NCBI GenBank assembly: GCA_900088475.1
Contig: LT578416.1
Span: 1-48,127 of the forward strand
Length of the DNA: 48,127 bases
DNA from: Hyphochytrium catenoides
Lineage: Eukaryota; Protista; Hyphochytriomycota
Reading direction: 5' to 3'
Shown here piece by piece: positions 41,670 to 48,127 of the stretch (the stretch's first letter is position 1; each line of letters opens with the position of its first letter). The notes beneath the pieces were generated by a model, which did not search any database, was not told the origin of the DNA, and worked only from the letters and a program-made list of their open reading frames with translations. A program made the position numbers and the translations under genes.

Positions 41670-42992
41670 ATGATGTTTTATTTTTTTCCACAACAAGATG
41701 CTGCCGTAAGATGGCAAATGGGATTTCAAGATCCTGCAACTCCAGTAGCCGAAGGTATTTTCGACTTTCACCATGAATTATTTAATATTATCGTTTTTAT
41801 TGTTGTTTTTGTCGGTATATTATTAGCTCGTTGTATTCAATTATTTAATTCTAAACAAAATCCAGTTCCAGCTAAGTTTGTTCATAATACTATGGCAGAA
41901 ATTATTTGGACATTAACACCAGCATATCTTTTATTAGTTATCGCAATACCATCATTTGCTTTATTATATTCTATGGATGAATGTATTGACCCACAAATTA
42001 CTATAAAAGCAATTGGTCATCAATGGTATTGGTCATACGAATATTCTGATTACAATACAAAAGAAAAAGATGATTTCGCTTTTGATAGTTATATGATTAA
42101 TGATAATGATTTACAAAAAGGACAACTTCGTTTATTAGAAGTAGATCGTCGCGTTGTTGTTCCTATAAATACGCATGTTCGTGTCTTGACAACATCTGCA
42201 GACGTTATACATAGTTGGGCAGTTCCTTCATTAGGTGTAAAAATAGATGCATGCCCTGGTCGTATAAATCAAACCTCTTTTTTTATTAAACGTGGAGGAA
42301 CTTTTTATGGACAATGTAGTGAAATTTGTGGAGTAAATCATGGATTTATGCCAATTGTAATCACCGCTGTCAAATTAAGTGAATATTCAGCTTGGTTATC
42401 CAATAAAGGTAATGTTATTACAGAAATTCCAAACACAACGAATGTTTCCGAAAGTCTTTCCGAAAGTCTTACAGAAAAGACAAATGACTCACAAAATGTG
42501 CAACAAAATTTAGAAAATCTACCAGCAATTCTTAAACCAAAACAACAAAACCAAAATACATTTGTTGAAAATAAAGCTTTAGCAGAAAACAAATCGACCC
42601 AGGCTTCTGAAACCACAATTGTTCGAAAAGATCCTCCATCTTTTAATCGAAATCGTTTTTTTTCAAGACCAGAACCAACAAATCCATTTGAGCAGTTTCT
42701 TAAAATTAAGCCACGTACAGCAGAAGATAAAAAACTTCACGAAACAATGCAAAGACTTTCTGAGGAATTTAAAAAAAATGTGGAAAAAGAAACTTCAAAA
42801 TTAAGGGCTTCAAAAACAGAAGCTCCAAAAACAGAAGCTCCAAAAACAGAGGTTAAAAAAGATAAATTAGGAGATCCTATTAAGCCAGTAAGTCAGTGGG
42901 AACCAGTTCCATTTAATCCAAAATGGAAAGATAAATTGGGAGATCCAGTAGAAAAACCAGAATCACAATCTACAGAAAAAAAAAATGATTAA
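41670..42992 (+). CDS. cox2: Cytochrome c oxidase subunit 2 with ~195-aa C-terminal extension
   Basis: [17 protein letters not shown], CuA motif HSW..CSEICG.NH.FM; frame continues far past the normal end (~aa 245). Confidence 0.97.
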   Translation: MMFYFFPQQDAAVRWQMGFQDPATPVAEGIFDFHHELFNIIVFIVVFVGILLARCIQLFNSKQNPVPAKFVHNTMAEIIWTLTPAYLLLVIAIPSFALLYSMDECIDPQITIKAIGHQWYWSYEYSDYNTKEKDDFAFDSYMINDNDLQKGQLRLLEVDRRVVVPINTHVRVLTTSADVIHSWAVPSLGVKIDACPGRINQTSFFIKRGGTFYGQCSEICGVNHGFMPIVITAVKLSEYSAWLSNKGNVITEIPNTTNVSESLSESLTEKTNDSQNVQQNLENLPAILKPKQQNQNTFVENKALAENKSTQASETTIVRKDPPSFNRNRFFSRPEPTNPFEQFLKIKPRTAEDKKLHETMQRLSEEFKKNVEKETSKLRASKTEAPKTEAPKTEVKKDKLGDPIKPVSQWEPVPFNPKWKDKLGDPVEKPESQSTEKKND

Positions 42993-43100
42993 ATAACAAA
43001 TATGTTTTAAGGCTATATATTTTAAAATATCAATTTTGACCATATGCTATTATGCATTCTTTTAGATTTTTTGAAGGAATTTTGGAAAAAAAAAAACTAA

Positions 43101-44690
<1,590 letters not shown>

Positions 44691-44750
44691 TTACATCTCA
44701 TTATAATTTTTTTTATGTTAATGTTCAATTTAATTCTGTTTCAGAAATGA

Positions 44751-44790
44751 AAATAAAAATGCAATATATTAATATATTGCATTTTTATTT
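44751..44790. repeat. Perfect 40-bp palindrome between cox1 and atp1
   Basis: aaataaaaatgcaatatatt|aatatattgcatttttattt. Confidence 0.95.
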
Positions 44791-44849
44791 AAGTCTTTTT
44801 TTATTTCTGTGTTAACATTTAACATCAAAAACTTTGTTAAAGGTGTAGG

Positions 44850-46514
44850 TTGAATGTGGGACGTTTTGTGGCAAAATCGAAGTCAAAACCTTCTTTAAAA
44901 AACAAAAAAAACACTTCTGCGCCAAAAACGAATCCATCTGAAATACAAAAATCTGCAACAAAATCTGCAAGTGCTGCTCCTAGTGAATTATCAAGTTTAA
45001 TACGTCATAAAATTAAATCTTTTTCATTTAAAGAAAAAAAAAAAGGATCTCGTTCTGATGAAGTTGGTAAAGTTCTTTCAATTGGTGATGGGATTGCGCG
45101 AGTATATGGTTTAAAAAAAGTACAAGCGGGTGAAATGGTTGAATTTGCAAATGGAATTAAAGGAATGGCTTTAAATTTAGAACCAGATAATGTTGGGGTT
45201 GTTGTTTTTGGAAATGATCGAGATGTTGTAGAAGGTGCAATTGTTAGAAGAACTGCTTCTATCGTAGATATTAATGTTGGTACAGAAATGTTAGGTCGTA
45301 TTGTAAATGCATTAGGGGAATCTATTGATGGTTTAGGAAAAATCGTAACATCAAAAAAGCAACGTGTAGAGGTAAAAGCACCTGGTATTATGCCAAGACA
45401 AAGTGTTTCTGAACCAATGCAAACAGGCCTAAAAGCAGTTGATAGTTTAATTCCAATTGGTCGCGGACAACGTGAATTAATTATTGGTGATCGCCAAACG
45501 GGTAAAACAGCAATTGCTATTGATACTATTTTAAATCAAGTAAATATACATGCATCTAATGATGAAAATAACAAATTGTATTGTGTTTATGTTGGAGTAG
45601 GTCAAAAACGTTCAACAATTGCAGATATTGCAAGAACATTAACAAAAACAAATTCATTTAAATTTACATGTATTGTTGCAGCAACAGCTTCAGATTCAGC
45701 GCCATTACAATTTTTAGCGCCATATTCAGGATGTGCTATTGGAGAATATTTTAGAGATAATAAAAAACATGCTGTAATTTTTTATGATGATTTATCAAAA
45801 CAAGCTGTTGCGTACCGTCAAATGTCATTGTTATTAAGACGTCCACCGGGTCGTGAAGCTTACCCCGGTGATGTTTTTTATTTACACTCTCGTTTATTAG
45901 AAAGAGCTGCTAAAATGAGTCAAAAAATGGGAGGTGGTTCTTTAACAGCATTACCAATTATTGAAACACAAGCTGGTGACGTTTCAGCTTATATTCCAAC
46001 AAATGTAATTTCTATTACAGATGGTCAAATTTTTTTAGAAACAGAATTATTTAATCAAGGACAAAGACCAGCAATTAGTGTAGGATTATCAGTAAGTCGC
46101 GTTGGATCTAAAGCACAAATAAAAGCAATGAAACAAGTTGCTGGAAGCATGAAACTAGAATTAGCGCAATTTCGAGAAGTACAAGCTTTTGCACAATTTG
46201 GTTCTGATTTAGATCCAACAACACAACAACAATTAAATCGTGGATCTCGTTTAACAGAAATGTTAAAACAAAATATTAATGCTCCATTGCCAGTTGAAGA
46301 TCAAATTATTATCATTTTTGCAGGTGTTTATGGTTTTTTAGATCGTATTGAAATTAATGCCATTTCAGAATTTGAAGTTTCATGGTTAAATTATATTAAG
46401 TCAAATCATTCAAATCTTTTAAAAACAATAAGAGAAAAAAAAGTATTAAATGTATCAGAAATTGATTTTTTAAAAGATCTTTGTGATAAATATGTGAATC
46501 AGTTTAAAAAATAG
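44850..46514 (+). CDS. atp1: ATP synthase F1 alpha subunit, non-ATG start
   Basis: GDGIARVYG, Walker [31 protein letters not shown]; start codon TTG 44850 or GTG 44856/44868. Confidence 0.97.
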   Translation: MNVGRFVAKSKSKPSLKNKKNTSAPKTNPSEIQKSATKSASAAPSELSSLIRHKIKSFSFKEKKKGSRSDEVGKVLSIGDGIARVYGLKKVQAGEMVEFANGIKGMALNLEPDNVGVVVFGNDRDVVEGAIVRRTASIVDINVGTEMLGRIVNALGESIDGLGKIVTSKKQRVEVKAPGIMPRQSVSEPMQTGLKAVDSLIPIGRGQRELIIGDRQTGKTAIAIDTILNQVNIHASNDENNKLYCVYVGVGQKRSTIADIARTLTKTNSFKFTCIVAATASDSAPLQFLAPYSGCAIGEYFRDNKKHAVIFYDDLSKQAVAYRQMSLLLRRPPGREAYPGDVFYLHSRLLERAAKMSQKMGGGSLTALPIIETQAGDVSAYIPTNVISITDGQIFLETELFNQGQRPAISVGLSVSRVGSKAQIKAMKQVAGSMKLELAQFREVQAFAQFGSDLDPTTQQQLNRGSRLTEMLKQNINAPLPVEDQIIIIFAGVYGFLDRIEINAISEFEVSWLNYIKSNHSNLLKTIREKKVLNVSEIDFLKDLCDKYVNQFKK

Positions 46515-46716
46515 AATTTGGTAAAAGGTTAAATAGCTTTTTCTATCCATATTCTACAAATTTTCGAAAATACAAAAAGCGACCTTGAGAAGTCGAAATA
46601 GCTTTTAAAGAAAAAGGCCCGAAACAAAGCAGGTTCAACAGAAAAATCAATGAAATAATGTACAGAGAAAAGAACTCTCAAAAGTTTAAATGTTTTTTCA
46701 GTAATGAGGATCTTCG

Positions 46717-47124
46717 ATGTTATCTCGACCCGCACAAACGAAATATAAAAAAGTTTTTAAAGGGAAACTTCGAGGAACAGAAGCCAAAGTCATTTTATCT
46801 CCAGGAGGACATGCATTAAAAACCTTAGAACTTGGGCGAATTTCCGCGAAAGAAATGGAAGCTTTACGTAAAGTTGTAACAAGGAAATTAAAACGCATGG
46901 GAAAATTACAATTTAAAATCTTTCCAAATACTCCAGTGACGAAAAAACCTATTGAAGTTCGTATGGGAAAAGGGAAAGGATCCGTAAGCTCTTGGGTTGC
47001 ATGTGTAAAACCAGGACGTGTTTTGTGTGTGATATCTGGCGTAAAACCCGCATTAGCTTATAATGCCTTAAAAAGCGCATCAAATAAATTGTCAGTCAAA
47101 ACATGGATTTCTTCAGAGATTTAA
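46717..47124 (+). CDS. rpl16: Ribosomal protein L16 (IRb copy)
   Basis: Protein identical to 23651-24058. Confidence 0.97.
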   Translation: MLSRPAQTKYKKVFKGKLRGTEAKVILSPGGHALKTLELGRISAKEMEALRKVVTRKLKRMGKLQFKIFPNTPVTKKPIEVRMGKGKGSVSSWVACVKPGRVLCVISGVKPALAYNALKSASNKLSVKTWISSEI

Positions 47125-47197
47125 CCAAACAAACGAGTATGCGCTTCTTTTTCTCTTTTTCTCTCTTTTTTTTCTTTTAACATACAAAAAAATATAA

Positions 47198-47833
47198 ATG
47201 ATGGAATTCTTTTTTTTTATGCATTAACCACAATGTTACTTGGATCTGCCATGATGGTTATCCGAGTGGAACATGCCGTACATGCCGTGTTATATTTAGT
47301 TTTAGTTTTTTGTAGTAATTCTGCATTACTTTTTTTTTAGGTGTTGAATTTCTTGGATTACTTCTTTTAGTGATTTATATTGGAGCTATCGCGATTTTAT
47401 TTCTATTTGTTGTTATGATGTTGACATTAAAGGAAAAAAAACAATATACCTTATTCCAAGATTTACCTATTGGGTTTCTAATAGGACTTGTTTTTTTTTA
47501 GCTGTTTTTTATGTTATGCAACAACAGATCGGCATTTCAACAACAGATTTTATTGATTTCAATTTTTCTTTAAAAAAACTTTATGGAGATCGTCTTGTAC
47601 CCTCACCAACCCGAGCGTCAATGAATTTACAAAAAGATATAGAAGGATTTGGTTATTTGTTGTATGATGTCTATTTTTTCGATGTTTTAATTGCAGGATT
47701 AATTCTTTTAGTTGCGTTACTTGGTGCAGTGACGTTGGCCGGAGATCAAGATCAAAAACAACGCCGACGTCAATATATTTATCAACAATTATCACGACAA
47801 ATGAAAAATGCTGTGGTACGAATAAAAGAATAA
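47198..47833 (+). CDS. nad6: NADH dehydrogenase subunit 6 (IRb copy; apparent frameshifts in poly-T runs)
   Basis: Matches 22938-23576 but is 3 nt shorter through poly-T runs, probably consensus errors. Confidence 0.85.
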
Positions 47834-47910
47834 GACATTCTTTAATATTCTAATATTGTCATATTGTCAAATTTTCTAAAAACAATCTAATAAAAGATAT
47901 AAAATATAGG

Positions 47911-47983
47911 AAGCCCATATTTCAAGAGGTAGAAATTTCCGCTCATAACGGAAAAGTTGTAGGTTCAATTCCTACTGGGCTTA
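47911..47983 (+). tRNA. trnI: tRNA-Ile(CAU) (IRb copy)
   Basis: Reverse complement of 22788-22860 with one substitution. Confidence 0.8.
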
Positions 47984-48014
47984 ACTCTTATGATTTGAAA
48001 CCAATCATGATACA

Positions 48015-48127
48015 ATGATACAACCTCGAACCTCTTTACGTATTGTTGATAATTCCGGGGCAAAAGTCGCTCAGTGCAATTAAAGTTTTAAAAAAAAACA
48101 AGACTCAAGTGGCGATCTTATTCTTGT
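48015..48127 (+). CDS. rpl14: Ribosomal protein L14, partial (IRb copy, truncated by window end)
   Basis: MIQPRTSLRIVDNSGAK start; error-prone last ~50 nt. Confidence 0.85.

Larger units (their letters stand above)
46504..48127 (+). repeat. Start of second inverted-repeat copy (IRb), reverse complement of 22644-24269
   Basis: Continuous reverse-complement match with a few single-base differences, to the window end. Confidence 0.97.

Noticed and set aside
47198-48127. nad6 and rpl14 IRb copies as pseudogenes
   Set aside because: The differences are single-base indels, mostly in homopolymers near the contig end, typical of low-coverage consensus errors

Overview
Essentially a complete AT-rich protist mitochondrial genome using the standard genetic code. 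The gene set is cob, cox1-3, nad1-7/4L/9/11, atp1/6/8/9, tatC, 10 rps and 5-6 rpl genes, rns, rnl and 25 distinct tRNA genes with no trnT. This fits a non-photosynthetic stramenopile (oomycete/hyphochytrid/bigyran-like), though that assignment is an inference. Both window ends run into the reverse complement of an internal block: 1-254 matches 5690-5946 and 46504-48127 matches 22644-24269. This implies a circular map with a ~18.6 kb rRNA-containing inverted repeat (5690-24269), a 5.4 kb and a 22.2 kb single-copy region, and a total of ~64.8 kb; the second IR copy is mostly collapsed. Notable features: (1) no canonical trnG or trnR(NCG), but three dispersed cloverleaf elements sharing a TGGG-YTCAAAT-CCCAT T-arm with non-canonical D and anticodon arms; (2) a ~380-nt multi-arm structure at the main convergence point of transcription; (3) four orphan two-TM ORFs in two paralogous pairs, one pair with a shared cassette and unrelated variable tails, flanked by copied pieces of core-gene DNA; (4) a ~195-aa C-terminal extension on Cox2 and a non-AUG, N-extended Atp1; (5) three diverged initiator-type tRNA(CAU) genes.
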